DNA of 45,313 nt, from positions 1 through 45,313 of IMG/VR virus record IMGVR_UViG_3300032253_000004; one strand, written 5' to 3'. The position numbers and the translations under genes were made by a program. Source of the stretch: a virus (taxonomy: Duplodnaviria > Caudoviricetes). Position 1 is the stretch's first letter. The number at the start of each line of letters is the position of its first letter. A model generated the notes under the pieces. It was not told the DNA's origin and made no database searches. It was given only the letters and a program-made list of their open reading frames with translations. Positions 37,288 through 45,313 of the stretch are shown here, one piece after another.

Positions 37288-37340
37288 TCATAATCGCATA
37301 AAAATACGAATTCAAGAAAAAATCGCAAAATACCACGAAT
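37288..37340 (-). promoter_or_regulatory. PL-like promoter with two operators (OL)
   Basis: Minus-strand TTGAAT-N17-TATGAC; operators at 37292-37311 and 37321-37340. Confidence 0.7.
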
Positions 37341-37464
37341 CTCAGTTATCAACACTTGGTGGAGTTCGGCGTGTTCTGCCAGAGATTCGGCTGTTTCCAG
37401 CTAGAAGACTCGGCCTGTATTCGCTAGTGTCCGGCGAGTAGGTCGTGCCGAATAAGGATCGATT

Positions 37465-38061
37465 ATGAAAGAGCGGCTTCGGGTCGGGTGTTTATCGGTA
37501 GCATTGGCTCTCGCAGGCTGTGCGACAAGCGGTCAATTATACGAAGTTCGCTACGTCGGCGTTCGGGCCGATCAAGCGGATTTTCCGATCTCGACCGTGG
37601 TTCATCTAATCGACGAGACAGGGCCTTTTTTCTTCCAGTCGGATCCGGGTCGGCTTTTTTCTTGTGAGCGCGAGCTGGTACTGGACAACGCGTTTTTGGG
37701 ACCGGCTGGCTCCGAGGCTCGCCGGGCGTTGCACGAAGCTCTAGACGTTCGGGCGCAATCATTTCGCGAAGTAAGATTGGAGTTAACGGTCACGCATGTT
37801 GGCGTGGCTTGGCGGCCGGGGCTATGGCGTGCCACCCCGATTGTCGAGGCAGGTTTGATGCTACAGCTTACGGCGGCCGATGCGTCCTTTCCCGAGGATC
37901 TTGTGTTTCGTGCGCGGACCGAGTCGGTCGTGGTCGATAGCGACGGAGAATGTAGCGCGATTCTTGAAATGACCGAACGGGCAATTGGCGAAGCCTATCG
38001 CGCAGGATTGAGTGATCTATCAGTGCAGCTTGCAACGACTATTGCCGCCGCGCCCCGGTAA
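37465..38061 (+). CDS. Lipoprotein in the immunity region
   Basis: Signal peptide with lipobox LAGC; convergent with cI. Confidence 0.75.
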   Translation: MKERLRVGCLSVALALAGCATSGQLYEVRYVGVRADQADFPISTVVHLIDETGPFFFQSDPGRLFSCERELVLDNAFLGPAGSEARRALHEALDVRAQSFREVRLELTVTHVGVAWRPGLWRATPIVEAGLMLQLTAADASFPEDLVFRARTESVVVDSDGECSAILEMTERAIGEAYRAGLSDLSVQLATTIAAAPR

Positions 38062-38068
38062 CTAACTG

Positions 38069-38815
38069 TTAAAATACGAGATTCTGGATAGACACCACAA
38101 CGAAAGCTATGCGGATACGGTCGGTGTCTCCGTTTTCATCAAGCTCGATTTCGGATTGATGGTCTGGATGATCAGAAACGGGCTTCAAGATGAAGCCATC
38201 GTCACTTCGGTGTAGCTCCTTGATGGTGTATTCGTAGTTTCCGGATCGCTCGCGTTCGAAAACCACCAGAGGATGGTTCGAGCGCTGCGCCAATGCTTCA
38301 ATGCCGCCAGGGAACGATTCATATGGCACTACGATGGCGGTGCCACCGTCCTGTATAACGCGGTTGCAGCTTTCGCCCGAAACGCGCATGGCAAATTGTA
38401 CTTCTGAGGGAAAGCCCTGGTGGGGTACGAACGATATTGATCCTTTGTTCGCGTCCATATTGATCGCCTCGCGCCAAGCGCCAGCTTCAACAACCCCCAC
38501 AATTTTTGCCACCGGCATCTCGGCCAATGATAAAGGCAAACTTAAGGCCCCTTCCGCTTTTTCAGAAAATAGCTCAACGACCGAAAGGTTAACGGCGCCG
38601 GCAAGTTTTTCCTCGGTGATGCCACGCATCGACGTCGTGCGACCGCTCAGGAAGGCGCGCAAGGTGCCTTCAGGTATCCCCGCCATTGTTGCCCAACGAT
38701 GAGGGTTCAGGCCCAACCGATTCATGGTGCGGCGCAATGCTTCGCGGCGATCATCGTGCGTGTTTTTTGTCATCAGCATGTGACTAGCAAACGCCTTCGC
38801 GCCCTGCATTCGCAA
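38069..38815 (-). CDS. cI: CI-like repressor (HTH + S24 autoprotease); exact start uncertain
   Basis: N-terminal HTH, VEAG cleavage site, VSGES serine, TIKE lysine; divergent from cro. Confidence 0.9.
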   Translation of the reverse strand: MRMQGAKAFASHMLMTKNTHDDRREALRRTMNRLGLNPHRWATMAGIPEGTLRAFLSGRTTSMRGITEEKLAGAVNLSVVELFSEKAEGALSLPLSLAEMPVAKIVGVVEAGAWREAINMDANKGSISFVPHQGFPSEVQFAMRVSGESCNRVIQDGGTAIVVPYESFPGGIEALAQRSNHPLVVFERERSGNYEYTIKELHRSDDGFILKPVSDHPDHQSEIELDENGDTDRIRIAFVVVSIQNLVF

Positions 38816-38870
38816 AGAATTACGAATTGTGGTTTGACAAACTCGTCAAAAACGACGAATTGTTATTCCT
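38808..38870 (+). promoter_or_regulatory. OR region: two operators and PR -35
   Basis: Operators at 38808-38827 and 38841-38860 flank TTGACA at 38834-38839. Confidence 0.72.
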
Positions 38871-39113
38871 ATGAAACCGAACCTCGCACCTCACACGCCG
38901 ACAGAATCGATTCTGTCCGAGCTGGCACAACAGTTGACCGGGCCGCGCGGGTACCGGGCAGAACTTGAACGATTGAGCGGTGTGCCCGAGCCATCGCTTC
39001 GGCAAATGGCGTCTGGCAATTGGCGCCCCAAAAGCATCGATAATCTGATCAAGGTCGAGAGGGCGCTTTTGCGTCTTGCAGCACGCAGCGGTGCACAGGG
39101 TGGGTCGGAATGA
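38871..39113 (+). CDS. cro: Cro-like HTH protein
   Basis: 80 aa; RAELERLSGVPEPSLRQM HTH; divergent from cI. Confidence 0.8.
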   Translation: MKPNLAPHTPTESILSELAQQLTGPRGYRAELERLSGVPEPSLRQMASGNWRPKSIDNLIKVERALLRLAARSGAQGGSE

Positions 39114-39320
39114 CGGCCCGTCCCGCATTTCGGGCAGGCCGGGCGCGTGTCGGCGGGTTTGGCGGTAAGCGCTGTTTCGAGATGGCGAACGCGTGCTTCG
39201 AGCGCATCGACCCGTTCCGGCGTGGCCTTCATGCCCTTCCACACCGGCCATGTTTCCAAAATTGCCTGGAGGTCTTTTAGCATGTCGCCATCCCCGAAAT
39301 TTGTGCCGGAGGGAGATCGT

Positions 39321-39515
39321 ATGATGCGATTCCCATCGAACATCGAAACCCTGCGCGTTGTAGTCGATTCCTGCGGGACGGTCACGCTGGAGCATGGCTT
39401 CAACAATGAGGTCCGGCGCATCCAGATGTTCGCCGCCGATGCCGAGGATCTGGCGCGGCGTCTTCAGGCCGCCGCGAACGCCGTTCGCCCGCCCGAATCG
39501 CAGGCCCAGCCATGA
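39321..39515 (+). CDS. Hypothetical protein
   Basis: GGAGGGAG RBS before ATGATG at 39321. Confidence 0.5.
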   Translation: MMRFPSNIETLRVVVDSCGTVTLEHGFNNEVRRIQMFAADAEDLARRLQAAANAVRPPESQAQP

Positions 39516-39801
39516 GCAGGCTCGCCTCACCTCTTCACCTCGTCCGTCCCGTGTGGGCGGACCGAATTTCCCTCGGGTTCCTGCGCTTTTCCAACGGCGC
39601 GCCCCGGCACGGACGGGGTGAAGATCTTTTCATCAGCCAGCCAGCGCGCGACCGTTTTGTCGCGCGCAGCATTGGCGGGCAGGCCCAGCCGTTCGGCAAT
39701 GTCGGCGCACAAGGCCGGATTGATCTCTGTCTGTGTCATGGCTGCACCATGCCACACGCGAACGCCGTTCGCCGATTGGTTTGCGCTCAGGATTCCCAAA
39801 G

Positions 39802-40296
39802 ATGAGCGGCGTGGCGCGATCTCCGGCCCACCGCTTGCTGGGTGCGAATATTTATACCGCGCTGAAAGCGGCTACGCGCCGGGCGTTTAGCGATAATGGC
39901 GGCGTGACCGATCTGGCCAAGGACACGCGCGGCTGCGCAGAGACGCTGCGCAATTATCAAACCCATGGCCATGACAGTTTTGCGCCGATCGATGTGATCG
40001 CAGACGCCGAGGCCGGTGCGGCGCGCGCCTATGTCACCGAAGTGCTGGCCCGCCTGGCCGGTTACGATTTGGTCCCGCGCCCGGAAATCCTGCCCGGTGG
40101 CGGCGCATTCCATGAAGCGCTGCGCGAGGCGGGCGAAATGATTGCCGCGACCGCCGCCGCCTTGGCGGATGGACGGGTCGATCACACTGAAGCGCCGGGT
40201 GTGTTGAAAGAACTGGACGATGCCGCGCGCGCCATCGCGGTCGCACGCGCCAAGCTCGTGGATGATCACAAGCATTTGGAAGGCGGTGCGTCATGA
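39802..40296 (+). CDS. CII-like phage regulatory protein
   Basis: LKAATRR..GG, FAPIDVIADAE, LARLAGYDLVP, ALADGRVD motifs; position after cro. Confidence 0.65.
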   Translation: MSGVARSPAHRLLGANIYTALKAATRRAFSDNGGVTDLAKDTRGCAETLRNYQTHGHDSFAPIDVIADAEAGAARAYVTEVLARLAGYDLVPRPEILPGGGAFHEALREAGEMIAATAAALADGRVDHTEAPGVLKELDDAARAIAVARAKLVDDHKHLEGGAS

Positions 40297-40562
40297 GGGA
40301 CGGGAGGCAGCAACCGGGCGGTCCCGTTCCAATCTTGGGTGGCCGTGTGGATCTCAACCGCTTTATGGCGGGCTGGATCAATGCGATGGGCTGGCGCCGA
40401 GCCCACTTTATCCAGTTCAACCCAGTGGGCGGCATGACCGCAATTTGCGGATCGCGATTGCCGTTGAGTGGCGCAGACGCAGTCAGCTGGGTCATCTGGG
40501 GTCCGGCCGATTATCCGCCACGGTGCGCGCGTTGCCAGAATGCACTGGAGGGCGGCGCATGA
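40293..40562 (+). CDS. Hypothetical protein (His/Cys, possibly Zn-binding)
   Basis: ATGA-coupled; AHF..AICG..CARC. Confidence 0.6.
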   Translation: MRDGRQQPGGPVPILGGRVDLNRFMAGWINAMGWRRAHFIQFNPVGGMTAICGSRLPLSGADAVSWVIWGPADYPPRCARCQNALEGGA

Positions 40563-40963
40563 CTCGCCGCGCCCTTGCTTCTCCGCCAAAAGATTTGCCG
40601 CCCTGTTTTCGTGCCGGGTGCTGGGCGGAAGCCAATTATGGCTTCAACGTGTTTCGGCTGGGCAAGATCTCGTCGGAAATTCATGCTTGCGAAGAGCATC
40701 GCATCGAAGCCGAACGCCTGGTCTTTGGCGGGCGGGTGACCGGCTATCCCGACGGGTTTGTCGAGCGGGCGGCGTCGCAGCGGCATCTACCTATAACCGA
40801 AGGCTTGTCCGGTACGGCTCGCAAGGCCCCCGGCACACCGGAATCGACCGGTGTTGAGGGCGCTCGCGCCCAACACGGCGTTCAGCGCGCAGGCCAATCA
40901 CCGAGAGGGGCGGCGCCAGTTACTGCTGCGCCGCCCCATGGCGGGCAGGGGGATTTGCTGTGA
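40559..40963 (+). CDS. Hypothetical protein
   Basis: ATGA-coupled; CFRAGC..ACEEH; ends QGDLL. Confidence 0.55.
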   Translation: MTRRALASPPKDLPPCFRAGCWAEANYGFNVFRLGKISSEIHACEEHRIEAERLVFGGRVTGYPDGFVERAASQRHLPITEGLSGTARKAPGTPESTGVEGARAQHGVQRAGQSPRGAAPVTAAPPHGGQGDLL

Positions 40964-41063
40964 GGCGGCGCGGGCAAACCTCACTGATCGGCCTGGTGTC
41001 AGTGGCCGGTGCACTGATGGCGCTGGCGCTGTGCGCGCTCCTGTTTGCCGCGGGGGTGTGGTG

Positions 41064-41534
41064 ATGGTTAAGCGCCAGCACATACCCATTCGCGTCGATT
41101 GGGGCGGGGGTGAGTTTGTTGCCGTGTTTGCGGTCGATCTGGGCCGGCGCGCGCGGGCCCTGGTGTCATTGAATGTGCCGCGACCCTTCACCCCGTCGCG
41201 AACGACGTTCGCGGTGCGCGCTCTGCCATCGCTGCTGATGGCGGCTGAAACGCTGGAGCCTTTCTTTGCCGATCCGGACGGCGCGCTGACGCGTCTGGCC
41301 GATAACCAGCGACCGCATGGATCCGCGCTTGGTGCGCTGGCCGAGGCCGCTATGCGCGCCGAAGCGGCCAGTGACCCGGAGCTTCTGGCGGCACTTTTTC
41401 GCCATGAGTTGGGTCTGCAGGCGGCGGACACCGTACCGGGTCACCCGATCATTGAAGATTTTCCAGGCCCCGCGCGGCCGAGCGCCGACGAGGTGGCGAT
41501 GCTGTGCGGTTCAACCAAAAAGGAGACTGGCTGA
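41064..41534 (+). CDS. Hypothetical protein
   Basis: Coupled to the downstream gene; start uncertain. Confidence 0.5.
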   Translation: MVKRQHIPIRVDWGGGEFVAVFAVDLGRRARALVSLNVPRPFTPSRTTFAVRALPSLLMAAETLEPFFADPDGALTRLADNQRPHGSALGALAEAAMRAEAASDPELLAALFRHELGLQAADTVPGHPIIEDFPGPARPSADEVAMLCGSTKKETG

Positions 41535-41731
41535 TGGCTATCGTGAACGAAGATTTGCCGGGCGAATTTCACAAACGTTTTCCGGATGGGCTGGAATTTC
41601 CTGATGACAGGATTTCCGGCGAGGGCGAGCAACATGATCGCCTGCGGGCGAGCGATGGCCGGCCGGATGACCCGTTTGTCGGCCAATGCCCCGTCGACGA
41701 TGTGGCGCGCAAATATCCGGGGTCGTCATGA
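41534..41731 (+). CDS. Hypothetical protein
   Basis: AAGGAG RBS, TGATG coupling. Confidence 0.55.
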   Translation: MAIVNEDLPGEFHKRFPDGLEFPDDRISGEGEQHDRLRASDGRPDDPFVGQCPVDDVARKYPGSS

Positions 41732-41913
41732 CCGGGTTTGATCTGTCCATACTGTCCGGTTTTTCCGGTCTGCTCATCTTTTGGGTCTGGACGGGGCGCA
41801 GCCTGCAGGCGCGCGGCGCGGTGCTAGCTGCAATCCCGGCCTATGGCTTTGCCGGTGTGTGTGTGGCGTTCGCCCTGATCTTTGTGCTCGTCCGCTTTGG
41901 GGGTGCGCCATGA
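41728..41913 (+). CDS. Small 2-TM membrane protein
   Basis: ATGA coupling; two hydrophobic segments. Confidence 0.55.
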   Translation: MTGFDLSILSGFSGLLIFWVWTGRSLQARGAVLAAIPAYGFAGVCVAFALIFVLVRFGGAP

Positions 41914-42194
41914 CGAACCGCATCGATGGCTCAGCCAAGGGTCAACTTCAGGCGTTTGTCGCTCGAATTGAACGGATCAATGGCGACATTGCCGAGCATC
42001 AGGAAGACCGCAAGGCGGTATTCGGTGAGGCGAAATCCTCCGGGTTTGACGTCAAGATTCTGCGCAAGGTCATTGCGCTTCGCAAGAAGTCGAAGAGCGA
42101 GGCCGATGAGGAAGCTGCGCTGCTCGAACTGTATCTCGAAGCGGTGGGCTGGGACGGCACGCCGCTCGGTGCCCATGCGAGTGATGCGCCATGA
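41910..42194 (+). CDS. gapR: GapR-family nucleoid-associated protein (DUF2312)
   Basis: GQLQAFVARIERI..VFGEAKSSGFDVKILRKVIALRK..EEAALLELYLEAVG matches the GapR pattern. Confidence 0.92.
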   Translation: MTNRIDGSAKGQLQAFVARIERINGDIAEHQEDRKAVFGEAKSSGFDVKILRKVIALRKKSKSEADEEAALLELYLEAVGWDGTPLGAHASDAP

Positions 42195-42577
42195 CCGCCT
42201 GGTCCGCTCTCAAACATGATCAGCGCACCGGCCTGGGCTGGGAGGCGCTGAACCGCGCCGTCAGCGATGCGGTGGATGCCGCCATAGACAGCTGTGGCGG
42301 GCGTTTGAGCGTGGAGGGCGGGTGCCAGGCCGCGTTTGAGGCGCTCGGCGATCTGGGCGTGGCGGATCTGTCGACCGATGAGGCGATCGACCGGGCCGCC
42401 GCCGAGCTGTCTGCAAATTTGGCCGATCTGGGTTTGATGAAAATCGGCGCCGGTGCGGTGGCCGTCCAGGCCATCACCTATCTGCGGCGCCGCGATATCG
42501 ATCTGGGCCCGGCCCGGTCGCGCGTGGATGCGACGCCAGGCGGAAAACCGGTTTTACAGCAGGGGGCACGCAAATGA
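42191..42577 (+). CDS. Hypothetical protein
   Basis: ATGA-coupled at both ends. Confidence 0.6.
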   Translation: MTAWSALKHDQRTGLGWEALNRAVSDAVDAAIDSCGGRLSVEGGCQAAFEALGDLGVADLSTDEAIDRAAAELSANLADLGLMKIGAGAVAVQAITYLRRRDIDLGPARSRVDATPGGKPVLQQGARK

Positions 42578-44172
42578 CGGATGCACAATTTGATGCGCTG
42601 TGCGCGAAAATTGCAGACCTTTACAAGGTTACAGCTGACGATCTGAAGGGCCGGTGTCGCAAGGGCGCGGTCGCGACCGCGCGCCACTGTCTGATGACGG
42701 TGATGGCAGGTTTGAACATGTCTGGTGTCGATATCGGTCGATATCTGGGCCGTCATGCCTCGTCGGTCAGTTATGGCCTGGCACAGTTCAAAAAGCAGAT
42801 CCGCACCAATCCACAATTGCGCGCCTTTGTGGCAGCACGTATCGCTGAAATCGGCTCTATTACCCCGCCAAGCGCTCCGAAGGTTTTGACGGCCGACAAG
42901 ATCGCGCGCGCCGTGGTGGCGGCCGGTCGGGTTTTTGGAGTCGCGCCGGATCTGGTTTTGACTTTGAAGGGCCAATCGCGCGAGGCGCGCCAGGCGGGCC
43001 GTGCCCGGCGGGCGGCCATGTTTGCTCTAGCGCGTGTGTTCAACCAGCCCGTGGACCGGATTGCCTGCCTGATAGGCGGGTATCGTGACCCGCGTTCGGC
43101 GGGTGCATCGCTGCGCTATGCCCGGCAAAACCGCGAGGATCGCTCGGCGGCGGTGCGGCGCATTGCCGAAGCGCTGGAATGGTCATTCAAATTCGCAAAT
43201 GCCAGCGCATCTGCGCCAACGCCGGTTCCGGAGACGGTTCGGGCGACGAAAGTGGAATCCGCCTGCGCGACCGAGCCGAAACCTCAGCGCGAAAAACCGG
43301 TGCGGTTGAATGGCTGGACGGATCGCGAAAAGGCGCGGCTTACCGCCGGGCGGGCGCACGGCGAAACCTATGCCGGATTGATGGTCGTGCTTCCGGGACG
43401 CAGCGAGAATGCGATCAAGGTGCAGGCCCGAAAAATGGGCTTGGCAAAGCCACGTGCGGCCCGTCAGGCCCGCAAAACCGACGCCGCCCGCTGGACGCCC
43501 GCCGAGGATGCGATTATTCGCGAACGGCGTTCGCGCGGGTTCAGCTGGCGCCAGATCGCCCGGCTGCTGCCTGGACGGACGCCAGCGGCGGTTCTCGATC
43601 GCGCGGCGCGCCATCTCAATTTGACACCGAAAACGTCCAAACCGGCGCATCTGCCAATCCCCGAATCTGTGCCGGCGTCCATACCCAAAGGGTCGCCGCA
43701 AACCGGCGGGCATGGCCAGTGGAGCGTGGACGAAATTGCGGTGCTGCGCGAGGTCGCAGACCGGGGGTATTCGATGGCAACGGCTCTGTCACGCCTGCCG
43801 GGACGGGACATGAATGCGGTCGGCAGCAAGGCACGCGCGCTCGGCCTTGATCTGAGTGGACCGTCAGCGCCGCGCGTGGTGCCGGGTGCGGAATTGAGTT
43901 CCGGACCGGCGATTGACGGTGCGGTCAATCGCGGCGTCGAGGCCGTGCTGTCCCTGAAGCCCGGCCAGTGTAAATGGCCGGTCGGCAATCCAAACGGTGC
44001 CGAATTTAGGTTTTGCGCGGCGGCCAAGGCCAGTGGTGATCGCCGCTATTGCGCCGAGCATGCCGCGCTCGCGGGGCGGCGCTACAACACGGCCAAGCGT
44101 AAGAAAAACGCCATGGACGTGACCGGCGTTCTCGACCAGCTGGATAATCGTCGCAAGAGGATGTCGGTATGA
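42574..44172 (+). CDS. Chimeric regulator: 2x DnaA domain IV-like, 3x GcrA/Myb-type HTH, GcrA C-terminal domain
   Basis: IADLYKVTADDLKGRCR..ARH..IGRYLGRHASSV; WTDRE/WTPAE/WSVDE..PGR..A repeats; CKWPVGNP..FRFC..YCAEH. Confidence 0.82.
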   Translation: MTDAQFDALCAKIADLYKVTADDLKGRCRKGAVATARHCLMTVMAGLNMSGVDIGRYLGRHASSVSYGLAQFKKQIRTNPQLRAFVAARIAEIGSITPPSAPKVLTADKIARAVVAAGRVFGVAPDLVLTLKGQSREARQAGRARRAAMFALARVFNQPVDRIACLIGGYRDPRSAGASLRYARQNREDRSAAVRRIAEALEWSFKFANASASAPTPVPETVRATKVESACATEPKPQREKPVRLNGWTDREKARLTAGRAHGETYAGLMVVLPGRSENAIKVQARKMGLAKPRAARQARKTDAARWTPAEDAIIRERRSRGFSWRQIARLLPGRTPAAVLDRAARHLNLTPKTSKPAHLPIPESVPASIPKGSPQTGGHGQWSVDEIAVLREVADRGYSMATALSRLPGRDMNAVGSKARALGLDLSGPSAPRVVPGAELSSGPAIDGAVNRGVEAVLSLKPGQCKWPVGNPNGAEFRFCAAAKASGDRRYCAEHAALAGRRYNTAKRKKNAMDVTGVLDQLDNRRKRMSV

Positions 44173-44609
44173 GCGGGCGCACCCCGGCCCATATCGCTTT
44201 GGAGGCGTGTCGCGTCGAAAATCGCAAGCTGCGCGATGAGAACGCGGCTCTGCGCGCCTTGCTCGATGAGCCAGGCTTGCCAGAAGGCGTGATCGAGTTC
44301 GGGCCAATCGACTGGAATTTGACGGCGTGTGAAGCGTTTATCATCACCCGCCTGGCGCGTCTTGGCCGGTATGATCCGCGCCGCGATTTTGGCTGGCCCG
44401 GACCGTCCGGCGACGCCATTTCAAAGCGCTCTATCGACGTGATCGTGCTGTATCTTCGCCGCAAGATAGCACCGTTCGGCGTGACAATTGTCGCCGTGCG
44501 GGGTGCGGGTTTCATCGTTGACCCGATGGTGCGCGCGGGGCTCGCCGCCGCGCTGGATGGGCACTGTGGGGCGGTGATCCACCCTGCCGGGAAGGCGGTG
44601 GCGGCATGA
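44169..44609 (+). CDS. Receiver-less OmpR/CtrA-type winged-helix protein
   Basis: LTACEAFII..IDVIVLYLRRKIA..IVAVRGAGF; N-terminal coiled coil instead of a REC domain. Confidence 0.8.
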   Translation: MSGRTPAHIALEACRVENRKLRDENAALRALLDEPGLPEGVIEFGPIDWNLTACEAFIITRLARLGRYDPRRDFGWPGPSGDAISKRSIDVIVLYLRRKIAPFGVTIVAVRGAGFIVDPMVRAGLAAALDGHCGAVIHPAGKAVAA

Positions 44610-45186
44610 GCGGTTTTGTGCAAGGCCTGGTGTGGATGACACGCGGGCTGGGCGAGGTGAAAATCGTGTCGGAATCCTCGGTCAAGGCGGTGCTGGCGCG
44701 CATTGCCGACGCTGCGAGTGATGAAGGCGAGGGGCTGCGCCCGCTGGCGTTGTGCTATCTGGCCGATGATACCGGGCTGAAAGAGCGCCAGGTGCAGCGT
44801 GCGCTAGCCCGACTGAAAGCCGCCGACGTGCTGGACGTGGCCGTCGACACCGGGCGGGGTCGCGGCAAGGCGGCGCTTTACAAAATCGATCTTGACGCCC
44901 TGTCGGGCTTCATTCCGCTGGAAAAATTACCCGCAGGCCTGCGCGCCCGGGTGGTTGCAGCCTGTCGCGGAGAGGGTGACGGGGGTGCGCCAGAAAACAC
45001 GTCAAATTGTCGTGTTTTGGACGGTGATAAAAGACGACAGCAAGCCGCACAAAAGACGACAATAGAGACCGTAAAAGACGACTCTACAGACACCCACTAC
45101 GTATCTACGAAAACTACAAAAAGGCGCGGGCGCGCGAGCGAGGCGAAACGCTCTCGCCGCCCGGCGCCTGATGCGGGGGTGCCACC
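44606..45186 (+). CDS. Replication initiator, N-terminal part (HTH); joins 1..412 to give about 330 aa
   Basis: Not in the ORF track because it runs off the end; KAVLARIADAASDEG..LADDTGLKERQVQRALARL HTH; contains iterons. Confidence 0.78.
44994..45122. other. ori: Putative replication origin (iterons)
   Basis: AAAAGACGAC at 45029, 45051 and 45073; inverted variants at 44994 and 45009; CTAC repeats in an A-rich tract. Confidence 0.72.
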
Positions 45187-45313
45187 ACCGGTGACGCTGG
45201 CCGATCTGGGCGAGCTCGCCGGGGCTGAGGGCGCGCTGGTCCGTGCGGCGCTCAATGGCTGGCAGAAGCCCGAACGCATCAAGCCTTTCATCGGGCGGTT
45301 CCGGGTTTTGATG
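45187..45313. repeat. Terminal direct repeat (assembly overlap), copy 2
   Basis: Identical to 1-127. Confidence 0.97.

Larger units (their letters stand above)
1..45186. mobile_element. Complete temperate lambda-like siphophage (circular/excised form)
   Basis: Full head, tail, lysis, integration, immunity and replication modules; intact attP; no host genes; no tail sheath gene. Confidence 0.93.

Noticed and set aside
36957-37355. N-terminal extension making the ligase 425 aa
   Set aside because: It runs through the operators/promoter and overlaps a better upstream ORF; ATG 36956 is coupled to that ORF's stop

Overview
The window is an apparently complete, circularly assembled temperate siphophage genome of an alphaproteobacterial host. 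Caulobacterales/Maricaulales-like is my inference from its GapR- and GcrA-like genes. Bases 1-127 are identical to 45187-45313, so the unique length is 45,186 bp. Gene order is lambda-like. It starts with a late regulator, pR'/tR' and a lambda-type cos, followed by terminase, gpW, portal, S49 protease with nested scaffold, decoration protein and major capsid. A non-contractile tail module follows (tube, -1 frameshifted chaperone, tape measure, tandem-duplicated Dit, gpL/K/J-like genes, fibres), then the lysis cassette. After that come attP (3' half of tRNA-Lys TTT) with a tyrosine integrase, a leftward early operon (ParB-domain protein, ATP-dependent ligase) and a cI/cro switch with four 20-bp operators. 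The rightward early operon ends in a replication initiator with iterons that spans the contig junction. The most striking element is a block of host cell-cycle-regulator mimics just before the initiator: GapR, a 532-aa chimera of 2x DnaA domain IV + 3x GcrA-type HTH + GcrA C-terminal domain, and a receiver-less CtrA/OmpR-type winged helix. An orphan sensor-kinase-type membrane domain inside the lysis cassette is also notable. All family assignments are from motif recognition by eye; no searches were run.
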